Origin: an uncultured bacterium
GTDB lineage: Bacteria > Planctomycetota > UBA1135 > UBA2386
Reading direction: 5' to 3'
DNA: 64,000 nt
Assembly (NCBI GenBank): GCA_937906475.1
Contig: CALCZA010000114.1
Location: 16,024 to 80,023 of the forward strand
Below the pieces are notes generated by a model, which saw nothing but the letters and a program-made list of their open reading frames with translations, was not told the origin of the DNA and searched no databases. Numbering within the stretch: position 1 is the stretch's first letter; the number at the start of each line of letters is the position of its first letter. The translations under genes were made by a program, and so were the position numbers. Below, piece after piece: positions 1-10,300 of the stretch.

Positions 1-2382
1 CCTCGCGGCCTAAGTGAAGCGGCAGGCGAACGATTGTTGCGGGACCTGCCGGCGGTGGGGTGGCTCGCAAACTGTGTGCACGGTGATGAGCCGTCGGGCA
101 CCGATGCAGCACTCTATGTGCTCTACCACTTGCTCGCGGCGACCAACGATGACGTCGTAACGAAGGTGCTCGACGAATGTGTGGTGCTGATCGATCCGCT
201 GCAGAACCCCGATGGTCGCGATCGTTTCGTGTTTTACACGCGTGGCGCACGCGGTCGCTTTCCGGATCCGACTCCGCAAGCCGCCGAGCACAGCCAGCCG
301 TGGCCGAGTGGCCGCACCAATCACGCGATGTTCGACATGAACCGCGATTGGTTCGGCATGACTCAGCCCGAGACCGCTGCGCGCGTCGCCGCGTTCTTGG
401 AATGGTGGCCGCTGGTCTATGTCGACCTGCACGAAATGGGCGGCAACTCGACTTACTACTTCCCGCCGCCGGCACAGCCGATCAATAGCGAGATCACCGA
501 GGGGCAGCGCGGATGGTTGAAGCGTTACGGCAAGAATAACGCACGCTGGTTCGATCGCTTCGGCTTCGACTACTTCACCCGCGAGGCCTACGACGCGTTC
601 TATCCTGGCTATGGCGATAGCTGGCCGATGGCGCATGGCAGCATCGGAATGACGTTTGAGATGGCGAGCGCGCGCGGTTTGATTTACCGACGTACCGATG
701 AAGGCTTGCTGCGTTACCGCGATGGCGTGCGTCGTCACTTCGTGGCGTCGATGGCGACGCTGGAAACACTGGCGAACGGCAAGGTGGCGGCGCAGCGTAC
801 GTTCTTGCAGCATCGCAGGGATGGCATCACGCGCGGGGACCGCAGCGTGGTCACCGAATACGTGTTTCCGCCAGTGGGGGATCGCACCCGGTTGTCGCGG
901 CTTGCCAACCTGTTGATGCGACAAGGCATCGAAGTGCATCAGTCGACCGACGTGTTGCGCGTTGCGGCTGCTGCCGCGATCGCTGCGAAGTCGGGCCCGG
1001 CGAAGGCGATGACGTTCCCTAAGGGATCGTTCATTGTGTCGATGTCACAGCCCGCGAGCACGTTGGCCACGATGTTGTTGCAGCCGCATTTCGACATGGA
1101 GAAGTCGTTCCTCGATCGGCAACGGGCGCGGCAGAAGCGCGGGGACCGCGGCCAGTTCTATGACCTGACTGCATGGTCGTTGCCGCTTTTGTTCGGCGTC
1201 GAGTGCTTCGAGACCCGCACTGCTTCGATGGGGGCGCGCACGTTGTTGCAAGCAGGCGCAGCGAACTCGGGTGCCGCACCACTGCGCACAGCAGCTCCGA
1301 AGGTTGCTTACGTGGTTGCGTGGGGTGCGAATGGTGCCGCCGCGCTGCTTGCCGAACTGCTGCGTCTAGGCGTGCAGGCCAAGTGCATCGACGAGCCGTT
1401 CACGCTGGATGACCAGAAGTTCCCCGCTGGCAGCTACGTGGTTCGCGTACAGAACCAGCCGGCCAAGTTGCATACGCGCATGGCCGAGTTGGCGCGAGCT
1501 CATGGAGTTACGCCGTATTGCGCCGACAGCTCCTGGATTGAAGAAGGTCCGAACTTCGGTACCCGCGAAGGTCACGTGCTGAAGGCACCGCGCATTGCGA
1601 TGGCGTGGGATCGTCCTGTTAGCACCTACTCGGCTGGCTGGCTGCGCTACTTGCTGGAACAGCGCTATGGCTTGCCAGTGACCGCACTGCGCACGCACGA
1701 TTTGACGCGCGTCGACCTTGATCGCTTCACCGTGCTCGTGCTGCCCGAAGGCCGCGGCTACGCGAAAACGCTCGGCGACAACGGCGGCAAAGCGATCGCT
1801 GGATTCGTTCGTCGCGGTGGCGTCTTGGTGACGCTTGGTTCGGCCACGCAATGGCTTAGCAGCAAGGGCGTCGAGTTGTTGGCGACCGGGTCGGAACCGC
1901 GCGGCGAACACCTCGCTGCCGACGAGGAAAATGCCGACAAGGAAAATGCCGACAAGAAGTCGACTGACAAGAAGGGTGATTCGAAGGCGTTCGACTACGA
2001 AGCCGCGATCCGCCCCGATAAAGAATCACCGCCGTCGACTCCAGGCGCGATCTTGCAGGTGACCATCGATCCCAAGCATTGGCTCGGCTTTGGCTATGAC
2101 AAGACCGCGAACGTCGTGCACGACAGTTCGAACATCCTGACGCCGATCAAGCGGAACCGCGGCACCAACGTCGTGCGCTACGCCAAGCGCGAGCAGCTTG
2201 TGCGCGCGGGCTTCGTTTGGGACGACAATCTCAAGCAGTTGCCGGAGAAGGCCTACCTCGTGCACCAGCCGCACGGTCGCGGGCACGTGATTGCATTCGC
2301 CGAAGATCCGAACGTGCGCGCCTTCGCCGATGGCCTCAACCTACTTCTACTTAACGCCGTGCTGCTGACGGCGGGACGGTAA
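1..2382 (+). CDS. M14-family zinc metallocarboxypeptidase-like protein (5' end cut by window edge)
   Basis: Frame 1 is open from nt 1. The track start at 34 is only a TTG, so the gene is 5'-truncated. The translation has the M14 zinc-ligand motifs HxxE (VHGDEPSG) and a downstream His (VDLHEMGG). A Lys/Asp-rich low-complexity insert (ENADKENADKK) lies late in the protein. Confidence 0.8.
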   Translation, partial: PRGLSEAAGERLLRDLPAVGWLANCVHGDEPSGTDAALYVLYHLLAATNDDVVTKVLDECVVLIDPLQNPDGRDRFVFYTRGARGRFPDPTPQAAEHSQPWPSGRTNHAMFDMNRDWFGMTQPETAARVAAFLEWWPLVYVDLHEMGGNSTYYFPPPAQPINSEITEGQRGWLKRYGKNNARWFDRFGFDYFTREAYDAFYPGYGDSWPMAHGSIGMTFEMASARGLIYRRTDEGLLRYRDGVRRHFVASMATLETLANGKVAAQRTFLQHRRDGITRGDRSVVTEYVFPPVGDRTRLSRLANLLMRQGIEVHQSTDVLRVAAAAAIAAKSGPAKAMTFPKGSFIVSMSQPASTLATMLLQPHFDMEKSFLDRQRARQKRGDRGQFYDLTAWSLPLLFGVECFETRTASMGARTLLQAGAANSGAAPLRTAAPKVAYVVAWGANGAAALLAELLRLGVQAKCIDEPFTLDDQKFPAGSYVVRVQNQPAKLHTRMAELARAHGVTPYCADSSWIEEGPNFGTREGHVLKAPRIAMAWDRPVSTYSAGWLRYLLEQRYGLPVTALRTHDLTRVDLDRFTVLVLPEGRGYAKTLGDNGGKAIAGFVRRGGVLVTLGSATQWLSSKGVELLATGSEPRGEHLAADEENADKENADKKSTDKKGDSKAFDYEAAIRPDKESPPSTPGAILQVTIDPKHWLGFGYDKTANVVHDSSNILTPIKRNRGTNVVRYAKREQLVRAGFVWDDNLKQLPEKAYLVHQPHGRGHVIAFAEDPNVRAFADGLNLLLLNAVLLTAGR
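1926..1955 (+). repeat. 2 x 15-bp perfect in-frame tandem duplication (ggaaaatgccgacaa), encoding ENADK-ENADK
   Basis: Read directly: 1926-1940 and 1941-1955 are identical. The repeat lies inside the M14 peptidase low-complexity region. Confidence 0.9.
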
Positions 2383-2397
2383 CGGCGTGGCCGCTAC

Positions 2398-3618
2398 CTA
2401 GCGGTTGCGGCGCGGCAGGAACAGCGCGTTGGCGCGGCGGTAGTTGCCGAAGCTGTTCATCAGTGCCGATAGGGCGTTTTCATCGTAGTTGATGGTCGCG
2501 TAGTCGGCAGACCCTTGGACGTTCACGTTGCCTGTGCAGACGATCGAACCGTTGATTTCGCATGGGTCGCGAATTGTCAGGTTGCCTTCGACATAAAGCA
2601 GGCCACTGAAGAGTGAGTTATTGCCAGTCTGCAGTGAGACGTTGCCGCGAATGATGACGATGCCAGATCCCAGCAGCGGGTTGCCTTGGGTGAAGGCTAT
2701 CGAGGACATGTCACCGACAATGAGTGAGTTGTCGGGCAGCGGGCTCGGGAAGTTCGCTGGTGTAGTGATCACCTGATCGGCCATGGACGACAGTTCGGCG
2801 TAGGTCAGGCTGAACACTGCTTTGTAACTGTCGTCGTACGTTGTGCCCGCGGCCAACCCAGGGGTGCCGGTCACTCGTCGCCGCCACCTTGCACCAACGG
2901 TTGGTGTGCCCGATCCATAGGGGAAGTAGATGCCCGCGGCGGCGCCGCCGTTGATGCGCCCTTTGGTGTTGATGTGGCACGAGTTGCCATCATTGACGTT
3001 GATCGCAGCTTGGCCCGGCAAGTTGATGACTGCGCGCAGCACATCTGTTTCTGCAAACTCGGTCGCCAGCACGAGGTTCGGATCCTCGTTGAATGCGGCA
3101 TTCTCGTCCATCTTCCGGTAGACGTAGCCAATGCTACGCAAGCGCCAGGCACTGCCGGGAGAACCACCGACCTTGGCCGCGGACACGTCGGCGCAGTCGA
3201 ACTGCTCTCGCCACGCCAGTCGCTCCGGGTTGGGGTCGGCGGCCCACTCCTTCCAGACTTCGTAGCGGGCCCAAAGGTTGCCCGAGATGCGGAAGTCGCG
3301 AACCAGGCCGATGTCAGGATCTTCCGTATCGAGCACGGCGGGCACTGCCACCTCGTCGAGTTGTGGCGCGAACGTCGTCACGGGCTGGGAAGTTTGGCGG
3401 CGGAGCCAACTCAAGCCTTCCGTCAAGCCAGAGCGTGCTGCCATGACCGCCTGGTAGTTCGTGATGAACAGCGTGCGGTTATTAGAAATCTGGGACTTTA
3501 GCGTCAGTGTGCCCGTCGTCACGATGCCAACGACGACCGTCGTGAACATCAGTGCGAGGATCAGGGCGGTCCCACGTTCGTTGTCTCGATTGATTGCTGT
3601 GTTGGGCATGTCCTTCAT
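2398..3618 (-). CDS. PilX_N-like membrane-anchored protein with Gly/Asn-rich beta-repeat C-terminus (function unknown)
   Basis: ORF 2398..3642, with the start placed at ATG 3618 (MKDMPNT). The N-terminus NERGTALILALMFTTVVVGIVTTG (charged residue followed by a hydrophobic helix) resembles PilX_N/pseudopilin anchors. The C-terminal third is repetitive (GNVSLQTGNNSLFSGLLYVEGNLTI..GNVNVQG). Confidence 0.6.
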   Translation of the reverse strand: MKDMPNTAINRDNERGTALILALMFTTVVVGIVTTGTLTLKSQISNNRTLFITNYQAVMAARSGLTEGLSWLRRQTSQPVTTFAPQLDEVAVPAVLDTEDPDIGLVRDFRISGNLWARYEVWKEWAADPNPERLAWREQFDCADVSAAKVGGSPGSAWRLRSIGYVYRKMDENAAFNEDPNLVLATEFAETDVLRAVINLPGQAAINVNDGNSCHINTKGRINGGAAAGIYFPYGSGTPTVGARWRRRVTGTPGLAAGTTYDDSYKAVFSLTYAELSSMADQVITTPANFPSPLPDNSLIVGDMSSIAFTQGNPLLGSGIVIIRGNVSLQTGNNSLFSGLLYVEGNLTIRDPCEINGSIVCTGNVNVQGSADYATINYDENALSALMNSFGNYRRANALFLPRRNR

Positions 3619-3750
3619 CACGACTCTCTGTGTTGACCTCACTTATCGACCCTTTTGGGGGCGGATCTTGGCCGGGTTTCAAATCGAGACGCCGCAACGA
3701 GTGGGCTGGTGCGTGCAACGACGGGGGTCAGGCGTAATGATGGCGGCCGC

Positions 3751-4767
3751 GTGAGTCATTCCTCTGATACCACTGGCCGATCCTCCGCCCATGTTGCCGT
3801 GGCGCTGTTGTCCTTCGTCGTCGCGATTGGGCTTCTGATCGTGAAGTTCTGGGTGTACTCCCGAACCGAATCGCAGGCGATCTTCAGCGATGCATGTGAG
3901 TCGATTGTCAACGTTATGGCGGCGCTGGTTGCGCTGAGTGTCCTAAAATACGCCGGTCGTCCGGCCGATCGCGATCACCCGTATGGCCACGGCAAGGTCG
4001 AGTTCTTCTCGGCAGCGTTTGAAGGCGGCCTGATCTTCTGTGCCGCGTTAGTGATCCTGTGGCAGGCGGTCGAAGCGTTCTCTATTGGCGCGATGCCGCG
4101 CGAACTCGACTTTGGCTTGCTGATGACATTCGCCGCCGGCGCCGTCAACGGCTTGCTCGGTTGGTTTTTGATCAGCTACGGCAATCGCCACGGTTCCCCG
4201 GCGCTGTCCGCGGACGGCCACCATGTGCTGTCGGACTTCTGGACCAGTATCGGTGTCGTGTTCGGTCTGCTCGCCGTGCGCATCACTGGGCTAGCCTGGC
4301 TCGATCCGGCGATTGCCGCGGTGATGATGGTTTGGCTGTTGATCACCGGTTGGCGGATCGTCAAACGTGCCATCGGCGGCTTGCTCGATGCCGAGGATCC
4401 CGCGCTGCTGCAAGAAGTGGTCGAACAGTTGTCGAAGCGAGTCGGCAACGGCGTGATTCGCTTGCATCACCTGCGCGTGATTCGCTCAGGGAGTTTTCGT
4501 CACATCAGCGCCCACTTGGTCGTGCCTGAGTTCTGGAGTGTGCAGCGCGCCCACGATGTGGCGGAAGAACTCGCTGCGGATTTGGAGCGCGAATTGCCGG
4601 GGCCGGCGGCTATCGATTTCCACACGGACCCGTGTGAGCGGTCCTGGTGCGCGATGTGCGACTTGGAAGAATGCTCCGTGCGTCAGCAGCCGTTCGTTAA
4701 ATTGGAACCGTTGACAGTGGACGAAGCGGTCGTGCCAGACGACGACTTGCATACGATCGAGCGGTAG
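3751..4767 (+). CDS. cation diffusion facilitator (CDF) family metal efflux transporter
   Basis: ORF 3655..4767, with the start moved to in-frame GTG 3751 just before the first hydrophobic helix. CDF-type motifs are HPYGHGKVEFF and ADGHHVLSD. There are about 6 hydrophobic segments plus a cytoplasmic tail, and the tail is Cys-rich (CERSWCAMCDLEEC). Confidence 0.8.
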   Translation: MSHSSDTTGRSSAHVAVALLSFVVAIGLLIVKFWVYSRTESQAIFSDACESIVNVMAALVALSVLKYAGRPADRDHPYGHGKVEFFSAAFEGGLIFCAALVILWQAVEAFSIGAMPRELDFGLLMTFAAGAVNGLLGWFLISYGNRHGSPALSADGHHVLSDFWTSIGVVFGLLAVRITGLAWLDPAIAAVMMVWLLITGWRIVKRAIGGLLDAEDPALLQEVVEQLSKRVGNGVIRLHHLRVIRSGSFRHISAHLVVPEFWSVQRAHDVAEELAADLERELPGPAAIDFHTDPCERSWCAMCDLEECSVRQQPFVKLEPLTVDEAVVPDDDLHTIER

Positions 4768-4934
4768 CCCGGCAGGGGTGCTGCCGGCGCGGCCGCGATG
4801 CTTGCCCTGGTTTCGCCGACATTTAACGATTCCGCAAGCGCTTGCGGATGCCATCCGTAGCGATGGTTCGGTGGCCGCTTCGGCACTGCCGGAAGACAAC
4901 GGGATGCGCCTGACGACGCACCGAGGGCCGCAAC

Positions 4935-7031
4935 TCAGCGCGCGTTGTGACGCAGCGCGGTTTCCGGCAGCGGCGCGAATGCCTCGCTGAGCTTGGCCCA
5001 CTTGAGGTCCAACTCCGTGCCGCCCGTCGCATTGAAGCCGACCAGTTCGAAGCTGTGCAGGCCCTTGCCGAGTGCAATGCTACCGAGTTGCACCTTGGGG
5101 CCGTGGAGCCCGTCGTTGTCGACGACCAGTTTGCCATCGATCCACAGCTTGCTGCCGTCATCGCTGGTTAGCTGGAAGCGATACAGATCGTCCTCGCCGA
5201 TCGATAGGAAGCCGAAATATTGATGCGCCGTGTGTTCGGCCGGCGGCCCTGCAGTGCCGACCGCCGCGACGGTCTTACCTTCGGTTGTGAATATCGCGCG
5301 GTCGTCCGGGATCGTCTGCCAGTCACAAGCCGCGGTTGTCAGCATCAAGCCGGGATCGAAGGCCCTCGCCTTGACGGGGCCGAGTGGCCGCACCTGCTCG
5401 AAAGCTTGAGTGACAACCGTACTGACGCGGCGATCCCCTTGGAACAGGGCAACTTGCAGCGTGACGCTGGACTCCAGGTGCAACACCTCTGGCATGATTG
5501 GCGACTGCGCCGTCGGCGTGGTGTTGTTAGTGGTGTAGCGCAGGTCCGCGAGGTCGGACTCCTTCGCGACGGTCACCCCTAGTGACGTGACGAATTGCGT
5601 CGCCTCGGCTTCGATGCGCGGCGTGCGGAAGACCGTGGCCTGGCCGTGGACTTCTACGACGACGACCGATGCAGTCGCATCCGGTGCTTCGGCCGGCAGA
5701 CTTACGGTTGCGCCCGGGCTATTGCCGTTGTCGCCAACCATCAGGGGCTTGCTCGGATCACTGAGCAGGTAGGCGCGGTCGACGGTGTTCGCAAGTCCCG
5801 GCAACACCAGTTTGCCGTTGCTCGGCCAGTCGAATATGTGCAGGTATAGCTTGGTCCTGTCGCCAGCCGTTTTGACGGTGCAACGGCCAAACGGCAGTGA
5901 TTCGAAGATGCTCGCGGTCGTGCCACCAATGGCTTCGCCGTTGACCGCCATCCACTGGCCGATACTCGCCAGGCGTGCGACCGACTGTGGCGGGAACATG
6001 CCGTCGGCGCGCGGGCCGACATTGAGCAGGTAGTTGCCGCCCTTGCTGGCGATGTCGATCAGGTTGTGGATCAGTTCGCGGTCCGACTTCCAGCGCGTGT
6101 CGGTTGCGTTCCAACCCCAGTGGCCGTTCATCGTCATGCATGATTCCCAATCGACGCCAGGCAAACCCGTCGCTGGAATCTCTTGCTCTGGGGTGTCGAA
6201 ATCGCCGACCGCCTCGGTGCTGGCCGAGAACCCTTGCATGCCTTGGCGATGCACGTCGACGCGGTTGTTGACGATCATCTCTGGCGCGAGTTTGCGGCAC
6301 AGTTCGAACAGGCGCACACCGCGTTCATGGGTCCACGTCTTCTCCCACTCGCCATCAAACCACATCACTGCGGGCCGGTAGCGCTGGATCACTTCGGTGA
6401 CCTGTGCGTGCAGGTAGCGTTCGAAGCGATCAAAGTCGGCGCCTTCGGTAGTTCGATCCTTCTCCCACCCGCGGCGCGGCAGGTAGTCGGGATGGTGCCA
6501 ATCCATGATCGAGTGGTAGGTGCAGAACTTGAGATCATGGCGTCGGCACGCGTCGCTCAGTTCTTGCATGATGTCGCGGCCGTGCGGCGTGTTGCCAACA
6601 TCCCAGTTGGAGACGGCGCTGTCGAACAGGCAGAAGCCATCGTGATGCTTGGAAGTGATCACGATGTATTTCATGCCGGCGTCCTTGGCCATGCGGGCCC
6701 ACTCGTCGGCATCGAAGTCGACGGGGTTCCACTGTGGTTGGAACTTCGCATAGGTTTCGCGCGGGATCTCTGCCGTGGTGCGAATCCACTCCCCGTGGTT
6801 GTCGCGATCGTTCCACTTGCCGGCGGGGATCGCGTACAGGCCCCAGTGCAAGAACATGCCGAAGCGTGCGTCGCGCCACCAATCCATGCGCTCGTCATGA
6901 TTGGCGGGGGGCGCGGGTGGCGTTCGACCACTGCCGCTGTATCCGCACGAAGGCAGTGTCAGAAGCAACGATGCGGCGCTGAGAGAAAGAACGATGGCTT
7001 GGGGGAATCGCATGGCGTCTATCCGGGGCAT
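4935..7031 (-). CDS. alpha-L-fucosidase (GH29) with C-terminal PA14 domain, probable lipoprotein
   Basis: GH29 N-terminal core: WWRDARFGMFLHWGLYAIPAG...HGEWI. The C-terminus is PA14-like: YFGFLSIGEDDLYRFQLTSDDGSKLWIDGKLVVDNDG...LDLKW. The signal sequence ends in LPSCG. The alternative start at ATG 7013 is equally possible. Confidence 0.85.
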   Translation of the reverse strand: MPRIDAMRFPQAIVLSLSAASLLLTLPSCGYSGSGRTPPAPPANHDERMDWWRDARFGMFLHWGLYAIPAGKWNDRDNHGEWIRTTAEIPRETYAKFQPQWNPVDFDADEWARMAKDAGMKYIVITSKHHDGFCLFDSAVSNWDVGNTPHGRDIMQELSDACRRHDLKFCTYHSIMDWHHPDYLPRRGWEKDRTTEGADFDRFERYLHAQVTEVIQRYRPAVMWFDGEWEKTWTHERGVRLFELCRKLAPEMIVNNRVDVHRQGMQGFSASTEAVGDFDTPEQEIPATGLPGVDWESCMTMNGHWGWNATDTRWKSDRELIHNLIDIASKGGNYLLNVGPRADGMFPPQSVARLASIGQWMAVNGEAIGGTTASIFESLPFGRCTVKTAGDRTKLYLHIFDWPSNGKLVLPGLANTVDRAYLLSDPSKPLMVGDNGNSPGATVSLPAEAPDATASVVVVEVHGQATVFRTPRIEAEATQFVTSLGVTVAKESDLADLRYTTNNTTPTAQSPIMPEVLHLESSVTLQVALFQGDRRVSTVVTQAFEQVRPLGPVKARAFDPGLMLTTAACDWQTIPDDRAIFTTEGKTVAAVGTAGPPAEHTAHQYFGFLSIGEDDLYRFQLTSDDGSKLWIDGKLVVDNDGLHGPKVQLGSIALGKGLHSFELVGFNATGGTELDLKWAKLSEAFAPLPETALRHNAR

Positions 7032-7390
7032 GTGCCGCAGTGAAGGCGTTTTCGCACGACATCTGTCGACGCATGCTGCTCTTTGAGTTCACTGCGACAG
7101 CTGTAGCACGAGGAAAACCTTACTGTTCAGTTTGCTAAGTTGCGCCCTCACGCAACCAACTCTCGCCCAGGCGCTGGGTATTCGGCTGACAATAGCCAGC
7201 GGCGTATTGACGGTTACCTGCGCCCCACAGGTTGTCGCCAGGTCCAGATCGCCGGTTCGACCGCCGCGGTAGGCGCTGCGATGTCAGTTGTGCGTCGGCA
7301 ACGGTAACGAACCAGTACTTCCCGCGTTCAACCGTCGTTCCTGACACACAGGTTGTTGGCAGTGCCGCGCCTGTCGCCCAAACTACTGGC

Positions 7391-10300
7391 ATGGTTACGC
7401 GTCGTACCGTGCTGTTCTTCACGCTGTTGGCATGCTTGCCGGCACAGCGCCTATTTGCCCAAGATCGGATGATTGCCGGCGACCCACCTGGTCCTGTGCC
7501 GGCGGTGTTATTCGACACGCTCGATTGGCGCTTGGTCGGGCCGTTCCGCGGTGGTCGTTGCGCCGCCGTGTGTGGCGTGATCGGCGACACCGATACGTAC
7601 TACATGGGGTCGGCTGGTGGTGGCGTCTTCAAGACGACCGATGCCGGCAAGAACTGGAAGAACATCACTGATGGATCGTTTGGTGGTTCGATCGGGGCCG
7701 TCGCGGTTGCGCCAAGCAACAAGGACATCATCTACGTCGGTGGTGGCGAGAAGACGTGGCGCGGCAACGTGTCGAGCGGCAGCGGCATGTGGAAGTCGAC
7801 CGACGCCGGTAAGACGTGGACCTTCTCGGGGCTTGCGGATTCGCGTCACATTAGTCGCATCCGCATCGATCCAGGTAACCCCGACATTGCGTTCGCCGCA
7901 GTGATGGGGCATCTGTCAGGGCCGAATGAGGAGCGGGGCGTCTACCGCACCAAGGATGGTGGCAAGACGTGGCAGCGCGTGCTGTTCGTCAACTCGCATG
8001 CTGGCGCGGTCGACCTGTGCTTGTCGCCGGACAATGCGGACACGATCTACGCCACGACCTGGCGTGCTATTCGCACGCCGTGGTCACTTGAGTCCGGTGG
8101 TGAAGGTTCGGGTGTTTGGAAGTCGACCGACGGCGGTGAGACGTGGGACGCGTTGCACGAAAACGATGGCATGCCCGAGGGGCCGCTGGGCATCGCGGGC
8201 ATTGCCGCTTCGCCGGCCGACCCAAAGCGCCTCTACGCCCAGGTCGAGGCGAAGGAAGGCGGTTTGTTCCGCAGTGATGATGCCGGTCAGACTTGGGAAC
8301 GTATCAACGACGAGCGCAAACTGCGGCAGCGTGCGTGGTATTACACGCGCGTCTTCGTCGATCCGAAAGCGAAGGACACGGTCTACGTGTTGAATGTCGG
8401 CGCGCACAAGTCGACGGATGGCGGCAAGACGTTCACATCGATTCGCACGCCACATGGCGATAACCATGACCTGTGGATCGATCCGGAGAATCCGCAGCGC
8501 ATGATCGAGAGCAACGACGGCGGCGCCAACATCTCCAACGATGGTGGTGAAACGTGGTCGACGCAGGCAAACCAGCCGACGGCGCAGTTTTATCGAATCA
8601 CTGTGGACGACGCGCGGCCGTACCGCATCTACGGAGCTCAGCAGGACAACAGCACGGTCCGCATTCGCAGTCGCGCCGCTGGTGGCATTGGCGAAGATGA
8701 TTGGGAGTCGACGGCGGGCGGCGAAAGTGGCTGGATCGCGCCGAAGCCCGGTGACCCGGAAATCGTCTTTGGTGGCAGCTACGGCGGCCATCTGACTCGC
8801 CGCGATCACCGCCGAGGAATCTCGCGCACGGTCAATGTATGGCCGGATAATCCCATGGGGGCAGGTGTCGAAGCGATGCGCTACCGCTTCCAGTGGAACT
8901 TCCCGATCCTGTGGTCCAAGCACTTCGAAGGCGTGCTCTACACCGGCGCGCAAGTTCTGTTCAAGAGCGAAGACGAAGGCGCGAGCTGGCAGCCGATCAG
9001 TCCGGACCTGACTCGCAATGATCCGAGTAAGATGAAGTCGAGTGGTGGCCCGATCACCCAAGACAACACTGGCGTCGAATACTACTGCACGATCTTCACC
9101 GTCGACGAAGGCAGCAAACCAGGCACGATTTGGAGCGGCAGCGACGATGGCTTGGTGCATGTCACTCGCGACAGCGGCAAGACTTGGGCCAACGTGACGC
9201 CACCAACCATGCCGGAGTGGATGCAGATCAACTGCATCGCGGCCGACCCGCATCGCGAAGGCGGCGCCTACGTTGCCGGCACGCGCTACAAACTCGACGA
9301 CTTCCGTCCGTATCTCTACCGCACGGTGGACTACGGCAAGACCTGGACGCAGATCACTGGTGGTCTAGATCCGGCATGGTTTACGCGTTGCATCCGGCCC
9401 GATCCGAAGGTCGATGGGTTGCTGTACTGCGGCACCGAGCGAACCGTTTGGTTTAGCTACAACCATGGCCGTCGCTGGCAACGTCTGGCGAACGATTTGC
9501 CGTTGGTGGCGATTACCGATCTGGTGGTTGCCGGCAACGAATTGGTAGCAGCGACGCAGGGGCGCGCATTCTGGTCCTTTGATGGCCTGCCACATCTGCG
9601 CCAGCTGCATGCTGGTTTGGCGCAGAAGGACCTGCACGTGTTCACGCCGGTGCCGGTCGCCCAGTTCTCAGGCCGTGGTCGGGCGAGCAAGAACGAGGGC
9701 GTCAATCCGGCGACCAATATGCACGTGCGCTTCTATGTCGGCGGTGACGATGAGGCCAAGATTGAGCAGCTCGTTACCATCGAGGTCAAGGACGTCGACG
9801 GTAAGGTCGTTTACTCGCGCAGTAGCGCTCCGGAGTCCGCGAAACCGATTTCGAAAGCTGAGAAGTTGGCTGCCAAGGAGGCTCGCGACGAGAGCAAGGA
9901 TGCAGAGGGCAAGTCAGATGACAAGCCGAAGGAGAAGCCGCTGAAGGTCTCCCGTGGCATGAACATCATCGAGATCACCTGGAAGGAAGAGCCAGTCAAG
10001 ATTCTTGAAGGCATGATCCTGTGGAGTGGCCGTGGCGGTCCGGCGCGACCGGCACCGGGTGATTACACCGTGACGGTCACCGTTGGTGAGCAATCGCATG
10101 CCGTCGTTGGCCGTATCAACCCGGATCCGCGTACCGACGCGACGATTGTCGAGCTTCAGGAACGCTACCGGTTGGTGCGCGACGGCAATGCACTCGTTAC
10201 CGAGGCGCATGAAGCGATCGAGCTGATTCGCTCGTTGCGCGCGCAGATGGCGACGACCGTGGCCCGCATGGATGAAGGTCAGAATCTCGACAAGCTCAAG

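Noticed and set aside
6183-7043. 286-aa plus-strand ORF antisense to the GH29 fucosidase. Similar long antisense or alternative-frame ORFs occur at 5758..6300, 8084..9253, 28013..28699, 34677..35459, 36223..36801, 37611..38288, 45323..46021, 45663..46532, 47453..48094 and 58348..59052.
   Set aside because: The products are Arg/Ala/Pro/Gly-rich with no motifs. Each one fully overlaps a gene with strong family signatures. Long stop-free antisense frames are expected in GC-rich DNA.
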